Shown here: positions 41,991 through 55,573 of the stretch, in pieces
Numbering within the stretch: position 1 is the first letter of the stretch
Layout: every line of letters starts with the position of its first letter
Assembly (NCBI RefSeq): GCF_009914755.1
Contig: NC_060935.1
DNA: 64,000 nucleotides
Origin: the human T2T-CHM13v2.0 reference genome, Homo sapiens
Reading direction: 5' to 3' (one strand)
The notes under the pieces: generated by a model
What the model was told of the DNA's origin: nothing
What the model saw: only the letters and a program-made list of their open reading frames with translations
Database searches by the model: none
Made by a program: the position numbers and the translations under genes

Positions 41991-42916
41991 CTGCAGGGTC
42001 TCCTCCTGGCTCTGGGACTGGACAGGTGCTGGCTGCCTCACGATGTAGTTGATCTGCCCCACAATGGTTTGCTGAAGATGCTGAGGAGATTTGGTCTGAC
42101 TCAGTTGCAGGCTGGGCTGTTGAGCCTGGAGAAGAAGCTCCAAGTCCTTCTGCATTTCCTCCAGCTCAAACTTGTGATGCATTATGTCCATGTTCTGAGA
42201 ACAGGCAGGGCCAGGAGGGCTCTCGTGCTGACTAGAAGCCAGATGCTGGGATGGAGGAAGAGGTGGGTGTGGCTGCTGTGGGGGAGGGGGAAGGGGAGGT
42301 GGGGGACGGGGGAGGGGTGGTGGTGGAGGTGGTAGCTGCTGCTGTGGCTGCTGCTGAAAGTGACTGAGCTTCAGCTTCTGGTGGTGGCCAAACTGGACTT
42401 GGATAGAGGGTGTCTGTAAGGTGGGCTGGGCATGGGCTCCTTGCTGAACATCCTGTGGGGGGACAATGCACACGGGCTGGGAAGTCAGCTGCTGCCCCAG
42501 CCGCTGGGATGTGCTCTCCTGCTCCACGGGGGGCTGGGTTTCCAGCCAGGGCTGCAGCAGCTTTGGTGGATGAGGGCTGCAGGCCAGCTCTTTCTCCCTG
42601 GGCAGCAGGGCAGAGCACTGCAGAGACCCCAGCTGCTGGGGCACCATCTCAGGGGGCTGCCTGAAGCTGTGGGCTGGGTGTATGCTGGGTGGGGGGACCT
42701 GGCCTTTGAGGGAAGGCGAGACTGGGGAGCAGCGGGAGCAGCACACAGATGAGGAGCACACTGCTGGAGACTGGAACTTGTGTGAGGGGTGGCTAAGAGC
42801 CTCTTGCTGAGCCACTGGAGACTGGTGGCTTTGATAAAAGGGTGATGACCCCTGTAAGCCTCCATAAGCAGGAGCATCTGCCCTGGACATTTGTCCACCT
42901 TCAGTAGTTATGCAGC
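41991..42916 (-). CDS. TRIM66: TRIM66 large Pro/Gln/Ser-rich exon (CITTEGGQMSRAD...QEETLQ) containing a polyproline tract
   Basis: 926 bp, tcag|GC ... CAG|gtaagc; corresponds to ORF 41745..42890. Confidence 0.95.
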
Positions 42917-43413
42917 CTGAAAATGCAGAATAGAGAGTTTTTCAAAAGTTTTTCAAGTTGCTCCCACCTTGCTACTTCCTGCTCCTGGGACAAAAGAACC
43001 TCATTCAACAATCCTGTACCAGGAACAGAGATTAAGAAACTCAACCCTTGATCTCCTAGACTCGGTCTAGAATGCTGCCAGTAATAGCACCTGTATGCAC
43101 CTGCTTTGGGGGCCTAGGATATTTGAGAAATTAGTTCAGCTTTTACCAGATGCTCAGCCCTGACTCTGTTTCTGTCCCACTAGGGAAACCACAAGCTCTC
43201 TCAAATAGCACCCACTCATTTTTTTCCAACAGAACAGCCCAATCAGACTCTCACAAAAAGAATCAACTTTGGGGTTGGGAGGGAGTATGCTAGAAAGTAG
43301 CAAAGGGTAGAGAGTCATGCCTGGGACCAATGAACAAGTTCCCAGATACAGGTGTGGGGAACTGTGTGTTGAGCAAGTAGGACGGAAGAGAGTGGGGAAG
43401 CTCTAATACCAGG

Positions 43414-43826
43414 TGATACAGTTTGGAGCTGTGTCCCCGCCCAAATCTCATGTTGAATTGTAATCCCCAGTGTTGGAGGTGGGGCCTGGTGGGAGGTGAC
43501 TGGATCGTGGGGGCGGATCCCTCATGAGTGGTTTAGCACCGTCCCTTTGGTGCTGTTCTTGTGATAGAGGTCTCGTGAGACCTGATTTCTTTAAAGTGTG
43601 TAACACCTCCCCCTTGCTCTGTTTCTTGCTGCTCTGTCCATGTGATGTGCGTCTTCACCTTCTGTCATGATTGTAAGTTTCCTGAGGCCTCCCCAGAAGC
43701 CGAGCAGGTTCCAGGATCATGCTTCCTGTACATCCTGCAGAATCATGAGCCAATTAAACCTCTTTTCTTTATAAATTACCCAGTCTCAGGTATTTCTTCA
43801 CAATAATGCGAGAATGGACTAATACA
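43414..43826 (+). mobile_element. MST (MaLR, MSTA-like) solo LTR
   Basis: TG...CA termini, 5-bp TSD ccagg, ccaattaaacctcttttctttataaattacccagtctcagg signature. Confidence 0.88.
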
Positions 43827-44771
43827 CCAGGTCAGTGCCAGGCACCGGCACTGCCCCCTGAGGCCTCTAGGTCCCTTGTGCACAAGTAGATCTATGGCTA
43901 ACTCAGTCTAATGACTCCTTCCTCTCATTATTTTGGTGAGACTTACTTAGAAGAAGTCTGAGCTCCTTAAGGAAAATGTGTTTTATTCACCATTGGTTCT
44001 TTGGTGCTCAGCATGGGGCCTAAACAAGAGTAGGTGGCCATCAAAGGTCTGCTGAGTTAAATCAAAGGAAAGAGGGAAGAAAAGAAATAAACCTACATAT
44101 CATTTGTCACTTTGCCAAGTTCAACAAATTTTCAATAAGATTAACAGCCTCAAATGAAGGCAGCAGCTGGCCATCAGTTTAACACTCGTTAGGCTGTCAA
44201 CACAGGCACAACTTCAAGCTGTCTACATTCTGCCTAAAGACTGAATGCCAGCAAATGATTGCAGCAGGGAAGAAAAATGCACAAGGCCATGAATTATCTG
44301 CTTACATCTCAACTCGAAAGGATATGTCTGTGTGACACAAACATGCACACGCAGTCTCACTGTTGCTGAGATACCCCTGCTTGTGCCCACACGTGTATAC
44401 CTTTGTGTGACCACAGAGACACACATTCATCTGTACTGCCATACAGCATTCCGGAGAGCAGGGTGACTGTCTTGTCTCCTCCTCAGCAATAAAACCAATG
44501 TAACAGGACATTTACACAGAATGGTAAACTCAGATTTCAACTCATCCTGATACAAAGTCCTATATTGCCACTGTTATTTAATTCCTCATCCTCTCCTCTT
44601 CCCCCTCAAAAAAAAAAAAAAAAAAAAAAAAGGTTTGCTGAATGATTCCATGACCACTGGCAGTCCCAGGGAGTGCTTTCTCTTGGGCATATGCTGACCT
44701 ACCCAGTAAGGTAAGCAATTAAGTCAAAGCCCACAGGGTGGGTAGGCCTGGGTGGGTGGGTCCAAGCTCAC

Positions 44772-44889
44772 CAAGAGAAGCTAGCTGCTTGGTCCAGAAG
44801 TTAGGCTCCCAGGTGAATCTGATACTCCAAGGGGAGCCAGGATCTGTGTTACAACTTGTCTCCAGCAATCGCTGCATCTGAAACACAAT
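44772..44889 (-). CDS. TRIM66: TRIM66 exon (IVFQMQRLLETSCNTDPGSPWSIRFTWEPNFWTKQLASLG), TIF1-signature region
   Basis: 118 bp, cag|ATT ... G|gtgagc; resembles the post-coiled-coil F-x-C/W-D/E-P-x-x-W segment of TIF1 proteins. Confidence 0.94.
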
Positions 44890-45100
44890 CTGACAACAGC
44901 ACCAAAGGTCATTTATTTGGGCATCTTGCACCTAAATGACAACTCCCCTTCCCTTACTCTTTGGACAAGCTGAAAGGCTCAAAGTCATGGCCCTTTAACC
45001 TCTGGTCATCCTCCATATTCTCATTCTCTTGCACCTTAGCACCTGTCCATCCTCCCAGCTGATCCCTTTCCTCTTATCAAGGCTTCTGGAACCTACATTC

Positions 45101-45404
<304 letters not shown>

Positions 45405-45409
45405 TGGAA

Positions 45410-47130
45410 CCCCTACATTCTTATCTTTTCAGGCCTTAAGTGATTTGTCATTCTCCCTCACTACATCGTTGACTGGCAGCTCCATTCATTCTACCATCAC
45501 CTCAATTTAAAAGCCTAGTGGGGGCAGGCATTGTCTGAGCTCCCCATTGCTGTACTTCCACTTGCAGGTAAAACACCCTTCTGTCCTACTCAATAGCCCT
45601 CTTCCTCTCCCAACACTTTCATCTATTTCTCATCACTAACTCTCCTATTTATCCAGGGCTTTGGCAAGTGTCCAACTTACCCTGCTATCCTCTAGTTAAC
45701 TAATGTCCCAACGAACATCTTAGCCTCTCATTTCATTGATCTCTTGCATGGCAACCACCTTGTTTTCAGTTTAGTCACCATACCTAGACCCTATTCATCA
45801 TTTACAACCATTCTACCTATGAGACCTTTAAACTCCAACAACCCACCCTGGTCATAACAAGTTCATGCTCTTTCAGAGTATGTTGTTCAACCTCTCCAAG
45901 CCCTGCTCCTTCAGTCCACAGGACTTCCCAGCTTCCTTTCATTTACAGTCATGATATCACTAGTGTCCTAATTCCCTCCCCATCGCCAACTCCTACTCTT
46001 AGGTAATCCAGCCATACCAAAGCCATGTTATCTGGGGCCACTTCAGTGATTATGAATTTCAGCAGCACCCCTCAGCCCTTTCTCTTGTCACTTCTTTTCT
46101 TGTCATCTTTCTCTTCCACTGCACTCAATGACCATTTAAAATCTTTACTTTGGTGCTACTTACCAATGTTTTAACCCTCTTATTATCACCTCCTATTTCA
46201 CAGAGAAAAAAAAGACACCATAAAGGATAAATTACCCCAACTTGTATCCCTTCTACCCTCAAACTTAACTACAGCATTGTCCCCTTCCTGTCCTCCCATC
46301 TCAGACGAAGGGACTGTCCTTGTGTTTAAGGTCAACCAGTTCACTCTATATCCTTCCTCCTGCTTTCTCAGTGTACTTACCCCACCACACACCCCTCCTC
46401 TCTATCTTCAACCTCTTCTCCCATATACATGTGTGCAAATGTTTTCCAAGCTTAAAAAAAAGTTTCCCCCAACTCTGCCATCTTCTCAGGCTATGTTTTT
46501 ATTTTTCTTCTTTTCACTTCTGTCTCTACTTCGTCACCACCCATCCTCAGTCTCCTCATTCTAGCTTTTGACCCTTCTACTTCACTGGAGCTTCTTTCAG
46601 AAGATAGCCTGATTCCCAGATCCAGAGGCTGCTCGTCACTATTCATCTTCTTTCACCCATGCAGCATTGTCAAATGGACCACTTAAAATTGGAAACTGTT
46701 CATTTCTGTGTACCACACTCTGTTTTGCTTCTAACCTCTGACCATTGCTTCTCACCTCTGACCACTGCTTCTCACTCTCCTCCAGTCATCATCTTCCTCT
46801 GTCTATGCTGAAAATGACGGTATTCCCTGGGTTCCTGACTTTCTCTCTTCTTGCTCCACACACTCTTCCAAGGTGATACCACTGATTTCCTGGTGACTCC
46901 TACATCTCCTTCTCCAAAACCAACTTTTCTTCTGACTTCCACACCCATATATTAAAACGGCTTTTTAATGGTAGGTAGCTTGGAGTTGGTTTTGGATGCA
47001 CTACAGGCACCTTAGATTCAAAGTATTCAAATATAAACTCCATCGACTTCTCTCAAAATTCTTGCTCCCTCTCCTGGGTGCTGCCGTCCTCTCAAGCCTA
47101 ATACTTCAACCTTATCTCCAACTCCTTTTC
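45410..47130 (+). mobile_element. Degenerate L2 internal fragments
   Basis: Pyrimidine-rich L2-like sequence. Confidence 0.5.
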
Positions 47131-47503
47131 TCTCAGACCCCCGTGTAAACCCCAGTAACTTTCTATGAGATGCCCAGCACACTGCTCATGTCCAGGGTAA
47201 TGTCTGAATCAATTACCTATGACAAAGAACTACAGACTTTCCCAACTGAGCTACCTTTGGGAGGGCAGGACCATTTCAGCACCTGTGTCCTCTTTGCACT
47301 ATGGGATTTGGTAAAAGATGGTGTTTACTTACTAACCCAAAAGCAGTGATTGAATTTGAAGGATGGATGGAGCTGCTATGTTATTCCTCCTTCCATCCTA
47401 AAAAGAAAAGGCACTTCCAAGGACTGCCTCATTGCCCCTCTGACAAAGGGGATGCTCTGATAAGCTTCAAGGACAGGCTGAGGAGTTGGGAGATTCCTCT
47501 TAC

Positions 47504-47650
47504 CAGCTCTTTGCTGAAAAGAAAAGGGACACTGGTTTTGCTGCAGACAGCCCAGTTGATGAAATTCTGCACATGCTCAAACTGACGGTTGAGAACCATG
47601 ATGCTCTGTAACTGCTGTTCCAGCTTCCGCTTTCTCTCATTAGTAATCCC
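47504..47650 (-). CDS. TRIM66: TRIM66 exon, coiled coil (GITNERKRKLEQQLQ...PFLFSKEL)
   Basis: 147 bp, cag|GGG ... CTG|gtaaga. Confidence 0.95.
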
Positions 47651-48209
47651 CTGGGTACAGAGAGAAGACAGAGTCCTTGATCCTGTTACTGGACTGTAAT
47701 CCACCTGCTTGGGAAGTCTGGTGGCTTGTGTGTGTCACTGATGGAATCAGATGAGACTACACCCCTGAGAGGACAGCAGGGCAGAGTGTTGCCATGGGAT
47801 GCTGGCTGATGGAAAAGGGGAGGGGGAGATGGTGGGAGATTTTATAGTGCAAATATGGAATGGGTAATAAATGAAAGAGGAAATGAATAAATGTCCACAT
47901 CTCTTGGGCATAAATTGGTGAAGAAGGTGGTTTGTTTCATGACTTTCTCTTCCAAGACTATAACCCTGAGCAGTTAAGGATGGAAGCTGCCTAAGAGACA
48001 TAGCATCAAAAATCAGTTTGAACTGATTTTCTAGCCCTTAATGAGCCACCCTCCCAAAATTAGGCTGACATTTTAAAATACAGGGAGCAGCACAGAGCTA
48101 TGGAAGCTGCATATCTGAATTACAGCCTAGGCTTCCCTAGGTCCTGGGACTAGCTTGATATATGGATGGTTTCTGAACCCAACCATCTGATCCATCTGTC
48201 TATACATAC

Positions 48210-48324
48210 CTCTAATTCCTCTATTAGCCCATTGGCCTGTTTGTTCAGCTCATTCATCAGAACCATCTTGGCCATTTTGATCTGGTTTTCCACCTTCCTA
48301 TGCTGATGCTTCACTTCAAAAATC
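48210..48324 (-). CDS. TRIM66: TRIM66 exon, coiled coil (IFEVKHQHRKVENQIKMAKMVLMNELNKQANGLIEELE)
   Basis: 115 bp, cag|G ... GAG|gtatgt. Confidence 0.95.
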
Positions 48325-48689
48325 CTGTAAACACAATGGGACAAACCATGGTAAGCTTTCCTCATGGACTATATGAAGACGAAGAGACAGCAAACATAAG
48401 AACCAACTTGGAGGCTGCCTACTGAGATCAGGGCCTAGCAGACACCAAATACAAAAAAAAGAGAGCCTTCCTCCACCATCCCACCTTTTGTACAAAGCCC
48501 CACTTGATCAAAGTTCAGCTTGGTTTTCTCTAGGTAAACCTCAAGTCTACACCAAGGTCAACCCAATAGCCCACCAGTTGACACAGCACTAGAGGTAGGA
48601 CCAAAAGAGAAAGTATGGGAATAATTTACTGTAATTTGTTGTGTTTAAAAGGAGGATGCTCCAATAAATGTCGCCATGAGGTAAAAAGA

Positions 48690-49060
48690 GGCAGAATGCA
48701 TACTAGTAGTTTCTGAGGGCCGGGGGGTGTTGGGGGAATGGAGAGTGACTAATAATGTTTATATTATTGGCATAATAACATATTATATAATAAACATATT
48801 ATATAATAAACAATAATAAACATATAATTATATAATAAACAATAAACATAATATAATGTTTATTATAAACATATAATAATGTTTATATTAATGTGGCTTC
48901 TTTTTGGGGGGATGAAAATGTTTTAAACGTAGACAGTAATTATGTACAGTTGCACAATTCTGTGAATATACTAAAGGCCACTGAATTATACATTTAAAAA
49001 GAATAATTTTATGATACGTAGATTATATCTCAGTAAAGCTATTTTTAAAAATTTAAAAAG
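48690..49060 (+). mobile_element. L1M 3' end interrupted by an AT-rich low-complexity insert (48750-48890)
   Basis: ggggatgaaaatgtttt...ttgcacaattctgtgaatatactaaa motif. Confidence 0.65.
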
Positions 49061-49723
49061 CATGGGCATTGAAGTCACCACAGACCTACCATCTAAACCC
49101 AGCACAGTCACTGGCTAGTTGTGTGATCTCAGATGAGTTACCAAACCTCTATGAACCTCAGTCTCCTCATCAGTAAAATGGAGAAAATCGCTAACTGAAA
49201 GTGGCAAGAACTGAACAAAATAATGCATATATGATACCCAACCCAGTGCCTGACACATGAGGTGCTCTCAGCACCTACCACTTCCTCTTCCTATGTAAAA
49301 TACCAATGATTTCATGTGACTTGTAGATTTACAGAGAACACACAGGGAAAGGGGTGATAAAGCACAGATTGCCCCTGGTTTGTTCCACCCTCATAATAAG
49401 CAGCACTCTCTTCCCTAGTGTCTGCTTGGTACCCTTGTTCTCAAGCACCGACTTCTGGCTAGTTCATAAGGCATATTCTTTGACCCAGACTCACTCTGAT
49501 CATCCTGACCTAGCTTGGTCTCAGCCACCAAGGGATGACTTAATGACCCCTCCCTGGCCCTGAGACCTCAAAGGCCAAGACATATGCCTTCTAGGACATA
49601 TGCCCACATCTGCTTAACCACAGTTCCTCTTCACAGGCACTACGTCTGACGGCCTGGTGTTGGAACCCTGGGTGTGCGGGAACAGAGCATTTCCAGCACT
49701 GGCAAGGCACTAGCCTGTGCTAC

Positions 49724-49840
49724 CTGTCCTCAATTTGCTTTGCAGATGTCTGTAGACTGGATTTCTTATGTGCCACCTGTGTAGTCACACCTTCCAGAAG
49801 CATCCTCTGGTTTTGCAAAACTTCTTCAACATGTCTGCAC
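49724..49840 (-). CDS. TRIM66: TRIM66 exon, start of coiled coil (CRHVEEVLQNQRMLLEGVTTQVAHKKSSLQTSAKQIED)
   Basis: 117 bp, tag|G ... AG|gtagca; phase 2-2 consistent with its neighbours. Confidence 0.93.
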
Positions 49841-50169
49841 CTAGGGGATGAGGCAGAGAAAAAGCTGAGAAGGGCTGAGTCCTACTTTGAGCATGCCAAC
49901 CAAGCGGGAATCTCCACAGGGAACTGTCTCAGCCAGACCCATGGAAGCTGTGATGACTTCTAGGGAAAGTCTAAGGCACCACAGGCTCTTGGCCCATTAG
50001 GCCTTTTCCAGGGAAGTCCTACAACAGGAGCAGAGAAAAACTTCAGCCCAGGGGCTGCAGGTTGGCTTGGGCAGGGAGAAGATTCTGATGCACGGGGATT
50101 CCCAGAGCTCTCACAAGTAAGAAATCCAGAGCCCTCCCCAGCCCATTTCAGGCAGTCTGTCAGCCCCAC

Positions 50170-50302
50170 CTGTGTTCTTTGTGTTCCACCACTAGGCAGC
50201 TATGGCAAGTGAGCATATCACATGTCTCACAGAATAGCTTGAGTACTTCCTGTGTGTGTAGAGGACAATACAAGGTGAAGTCTCCGGGACCACCATTCAC
50301 TC
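50170..50302 (-). CDS. TRIM66: TRIM66 exon, B-box type 2 ([32 protein letters not shown])
   Basis: 133 bp, cag|GA ... AG|gtgggg; canonical B-box2 motif. Confidence 0.96.
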
Positions 50303-50650
50303 CTGCCAGAGAAGACAGAGAAAGTGAGCTTCTCTTGCTCAGGTAGACAAACCTCTCAGTTAAGCTTTGCTGCACAGCCCTCAGCCTTCAGAGGACACTG
50401 CAGAAATACAGAGCTCGGGGGAAGTGTTATAAACAGGAGATGACTCTCCAGGGGCACAAGGAGGATTTTGGGCTGAGCTTGGCTGGATTTGCCCAGTTGT
50501 CCAGAAATAGCACACCATCAAGCCCAAGCATCCCACTACCTGCCAGAGGCTGAGGAAGGCGCTTGCTACTACTCCACATAGATCTCCTGCAAAATAATGA
50601 ATCCTTCACAATTAACCTTAACCTGTTCATTAATCAGGATTCTGTTTTTA

Positions 50651-51188
<538 letters not shown>

Positions 51189-51493
51189 TTAGAAGGGTAA
51201 CATGATTACTCTAGAGGGGAAAGGCAGGGAGCTCAGCCAGCTTCCACAATAATTCAACACTTTCCTCTCTATACCATTTCATCCACACTCATCCACCCCC
51301 ACCATCAACAGGGAGGGACGAGAGTGAGTCACCCCTTTGACTCTGAAGGAGACTTCCTTTGGGAAAGGCTCTGAGACTGTCCCTACCTTCTCCCCCAGCA
51401 AGAAAACAAGATCGGAGAGCTATTCTCCAGGGATCTTAGGGTTCAGCCCTGCTTTAGGGCATGGGAGTGGGCAGGGAGAGGTGGGATTGGTAC

Positions 51494-51641
51494 CTGGAGA
51501 TCCCTTCTGGGCCCGAGGAAAGAATGGGCCCCCGGGGACAGGGCTGTGTCGGTGTTCCTCTGTGCAAGAGCTGCACAGCCAGCGATTGCAGTAGGTGCAG
51601 AGGATATGTGCTGCCCTCTTCTCCTTGCACTCAGAGCAGTT
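51494..51641 (-). CDS. TRIM66: TRIM66 exon, B-box type 1 (NCSECKEKRAAHILCTYCNRWLCSSCTEEHRH...KGSPG)
   Basis: 148 bp, ccag|AAC ... CCAG|gtacc; Cys/His zinc-ligand pattern. Confidence 0.95.
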
Positions 51642-51848
51642 CTGGAAGCAGAGAGTTCTGGAGTTACTGATGTTATCCTCATTTGTGTCTGCCTCCACAA
51701 GTGGTAAATGCTCTAAAGACAGGGGTCCTGCAGGCCTATTCCTCCACCAGTTTGGAGTGTAACCTATTCTGCAGAGCTGTCTGGGAGTAACATGCCGGGG
51801 CTTGTGGAAGGAAGCATCCTTTGTAACCAAAAGAACAGTGGCTACTTC

Positions 51849-52132
51849 AGGTATGGTGGCTCACACCTGTAACCCCAGTACTTTGGGAGGCCAAGGCAGG
51901 AGGAGTGCTTGAGCCCAGGAGTTTCAGACTAGCCTGGGCAACATAGTGAGACCCCATCTCTACAAAAAATACAAAAATTAGCCGGGAGTGGTGGCACATG
52001 CCTGTAGTCCCAGCTACTAGGGAGACTGAGGTGGGAAGATCGCTTGAGCTCAGGAGGTCAAGGCTGCAGTGAGCCAAGATCGTACCACTACACTCCAGCC
52101 TGGGCAACAGAGGAAGACCCTGTCTCAAAAAA
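51849..52132 (+). mobile_element. AluJ-like
   Basis: Full Alu. Confidence 0.9.
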
Positions 52133-52285
52133 GGATGAGGAAGAAGGCAAAGGAGAAGGAAGAAGAAGGAGGAGGAGGAAGAGGAGGAGAGGAGGAGGGG
52201 AAGGAGCAGAAGGAAAAGGAGGAAGGGAAGGAGGAAGGGAAGGAGGGAGGGAGGGAGGGAGGAGGAGGAGGAGCAGCAGCAGCAG
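52133..52285 (+). repeat. Purine-rich (GGA/GAA/GGAA)n tract ending in (GCA)n
   Basis: Directly visible; derived from the Alu tail. Confidence 0.9.
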
Positions 52286-53553
52286 CTGTCTCAGGGGCTG
52301 TTCACACAAGTCCTGTGCTGAAGCTAAGGACACCCAGATGCGTAAGCCAAGGATCTGATCTCATGCTATCCACAGCACACAGGATGGTACACATTAACTG
52401 AGTAATGCTGTAATTAAAAGGATGCAACACATGCTAAGGAAGCAAAGGAAGCCTTCCTGGAACTCAGTCTAGGAGTGGCTAGGAAAGGTTTTACAAAAAG
52501 GAAACACTTGAGCTGGATACTGAATGACAAGTAGGTTCACCAGGCAGATAAGGGAGGAAAATGTTGTAACAGAGGGAAAGCACTGGCAAAAGCAGGAAAT
52601 TCAATGTGCTTCAGAGAGGAGAAAGCCCACATATGGGAGTACACAGCAAGATGGTCAAATGCAACCAAGGAAGGGCAAGTATAGACCAGCGTTCAGAGTT
52701 GTGCTCCCACACCTGGGCTCTGCCTGATCTGAGGGTACCTAGGCCTCTCCTAGTCCAAATGTTCATTCATTTCGTAAGCAAATATCTTGCCCGGGCTATT
52801 ATAAAACATCAAGAGAAGGGGAGATTTGGAAAAGTTGGCCTATCTGTGTCTGAATCACAGAGGCCACCAAACTGATGTGAATTCTGAAAGTTCTACTAAT
52901 TAAACTATGAATTCCTTGAATGTAGAGTATATGGGTCGATCTCCCTAATATCCAGCACAGGGTCTGGCACATGTGAGACATTCAACACAAATCAGATACA
53001 GGAACAAGTAAGTAAATTAGTAAATTACTAATTTACTAATTTACCCTAGTGGAAAGAGGAACAGAAGGGCTGCCGGCCAATAAGTGATAAAAATTTCCTT
53101 AAGAAACTCAGGAAAAAGGTGATAGTTGTTAAATACAGGCAAGGTTAATAAACCCATTTAATCCAGGCTGGTACATGAATTTCAACTCAGGATGATTAAA
53201 AAAATAAAACAAAAGCCCAGTACTGGTATTTTTCAGCAAGAGCTGTAAGAGAGAGAAAAATAATTATATAGACAGTAAGCAACTCTTAATATATCTTAAC
53301 TTACATTCACCTTCTGCTAAAGGGATTGACACAAAAAAAAGTCAATAATTTTCACTTAATAGAAAACCCCCTCATTGTTTCCCCCAACTCATGCATTTTT
53401 ATTTTCTTCTAGATGGATGGATGGATGATTAGGAAAACTGATGGAGAAGTAACAAATCAGATGATAGAGTGATGGATGGATAGAAGACTTATGGACAGGG
53501 GCCTCACAGATTTCTGAAAAAGATCAGCTGCTTCTTTCCTTGTCCTGACTTAC

Positions 53554-53657
53554 CCTGGCCATCTTGGGTTGCTCAGTAGGAACACAATGCAGAAAAAAAT
53601 GTTCAGTTACATCCCTGGTAAGATATACTCGTTCACACCCAGGACAGGAGATGAGCT
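53554..53657 (-). CDS. TRIM66: TRIM66 exon with ATG (53562, MAR); frame is open across the whole 104-bp exon: (E)LISCPGCERVYLTRDVTEHFFLHCVPTEQPKMAR
   Basis: Acceptor ttcttgcacag|AG, donor AGG|gtaagt; phase 0 joins NCSEC of the next exon. Confidence 0.88.
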
Positions 53658-54895
53658 CTGTGCAAGAAAGAAAGATAGCAGAGTCAGGGCAACATGGCTG
53701 ATTATAACTAAGGCCTGGACATAAGGCTTTCTAATACACAACACCAAGATACATGGCAATACCCATGTGTGCCAAAATGAACTACACTTGATGCCATAGC
53801 CTGCATTTAGTATGTGGGTACCCTGAACATGACCATCCCATTGGGGCCTTCCCTACAGACCATCTGGTCTCCTCACATTCTTGTCTTTACCTGGTCCTAC
53901 CTTCCTCCCTGCCCCATAAACCATGCTACTACAGGCCCAACGCTGCTTTGGTTCTGACAATCAGGTGCCTTCTTGCTGCTCCCATTCCTCATTCCACATC
54001 CCTGAGAGCACAGCTCCCATCACTAGCCAAGATCCAGAGTCAGTTTAGTCTGGGCACAGTTCCAGGTCATTAAGGTTACCACATAGCAGGATGACTTGGA
54101 AGATCTCGAAGCTAAAGCCTCCAGAAGGCTTTAGTCAGAGAAAGGGAAGGCCTCCCTGCCCGCTCATCTAGGAGGTATTTTTCTCTTAGTACAGCATATA
54201 CCAGTCAGTCTGCCTCTGAGGCTCAGAGGTCTTTTGGAGGGCTCTCTCCCCATAGTCCAAGTTAGATGCATCATATATATGTATATTTTACCTATGAACA
54301 GCTTGACCTACAATCTCTCCCCAGAGAAATACATCAGTCTCTAACATATTCTTCAGCATAGTGGGCTTCTGGACTATAAAAGCAGCAGAAGACTCCCACC
54401 CTGGAGACCACAGTGATTCTGCCGGCCCACCGCAAGGGCAGTCAACCTACTAGGAACAAGAAAATGAGCCTCTGGAGTAGGGCAAGGTACCTGTGTCCAG
54501 GGATGAGGGTGATCTGGAAAGGGGTTGGCTATGGCAGTGAATGCAGCAGTACCGCTACAATCTCCTCTGTCTCATCTCTTCAAAATACGAAAGAATGATA
54601 TGATGGCAGTTGCTCCAGACTTATAGTCAGACAAATGTAAGTCCAAAATACCAGGCTTACCAGCCAATGACCTTGGGCAAAACACTTAATCTCACTTAAT
54701 TGCCCTGTACCCCAGTTTCTTCATATGTAAAATAGGGAAAATAAGAGTTGCTGTGCACATTAAATTAGATAAGACTTCAGAAATCACATGGTCCTCCATG
54801 AATGTCAACTTTGGAGTTCAAAAGATTCCTCATATCCTATTCACAGTAATGCAATAAACTCAATTACCAACTCTCTGGTGACGAAAGTTAGTTTG

Positions 54896-55477
54896 AGTGG
54901 TAGATTCAAAAAATGGCCACAAATTCTTCCCCTCCCTGCATCCATACCCTTGCAATCCTACCATCAAAAGGTAAGACTCTCCACGAGCTTCAGGTCAGTG
55001 ATGAGTTTTTAATTTTTAAAAGAGGTAGGACCCTTTGCCCTTTGAATCTAAGCTCACCTTGTGACTTTCTTTGGCCAACAGAATGCAGCAAAAGTGACAA
55101 GTTTTCCAAGCCTAGACCTCAGTGGCCTTATATAATTCTGCTCTTGTTCTTAGAACTTTAAGAGTGCCATGTGAAAAATCTAACCTGGCATTGAGACTGC
55201 TGGAAGATGAGAGATCATGCAGAGAAAGTTCTCAGTTGTCTCAGGCATCCCACCTGAGGCCATCATAGACCAGCCAGCCCCAACTAACCCACCAGCTGAA
55301 TACAGTGCAAGAGTGAACACAGTTATAATTAGCTAAGCCCAGGCCAAACCAGAAGAATTACCCAGAGAATCCCAGCCCAAACAGCCAAACTGTAGAATCA
55401 TAAAATAAATAAAGTTTAGTTGTTTTAAGCACAAAGTTTAGAGGTGGCTTGTTATGCAGTAAAAGCTAACTGATACA
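54896..55477 (+). mobile_element. MLT1 (MaLR) LTR
   Basis: tggccacaaattctt start; ttgttatgcagtaaaagctaactgataca end. Confidence 0.7.
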
Positions 55478-55541
55478 TCCCAGGAAAATAGAAATCCACA
55501 AAATCATGAAAAATAATAGTTTAATACTCCCTCACCCCACC

Positions 55542-55573
<32 letters not shown>

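Noticed and set aside
41886-42898. Several overlapping ORFs in other frames and on the other strand of the large exon
   Set aside because: Shadow ORFs expected from GC-rich, low-complexity coding sequence
51642-51830. In-frame intronic extension upstream of the B-box1 exon (ORF 51420..51830)
   Set aside because: Non-ATG start and a good acceptor at 51642; no support for translation
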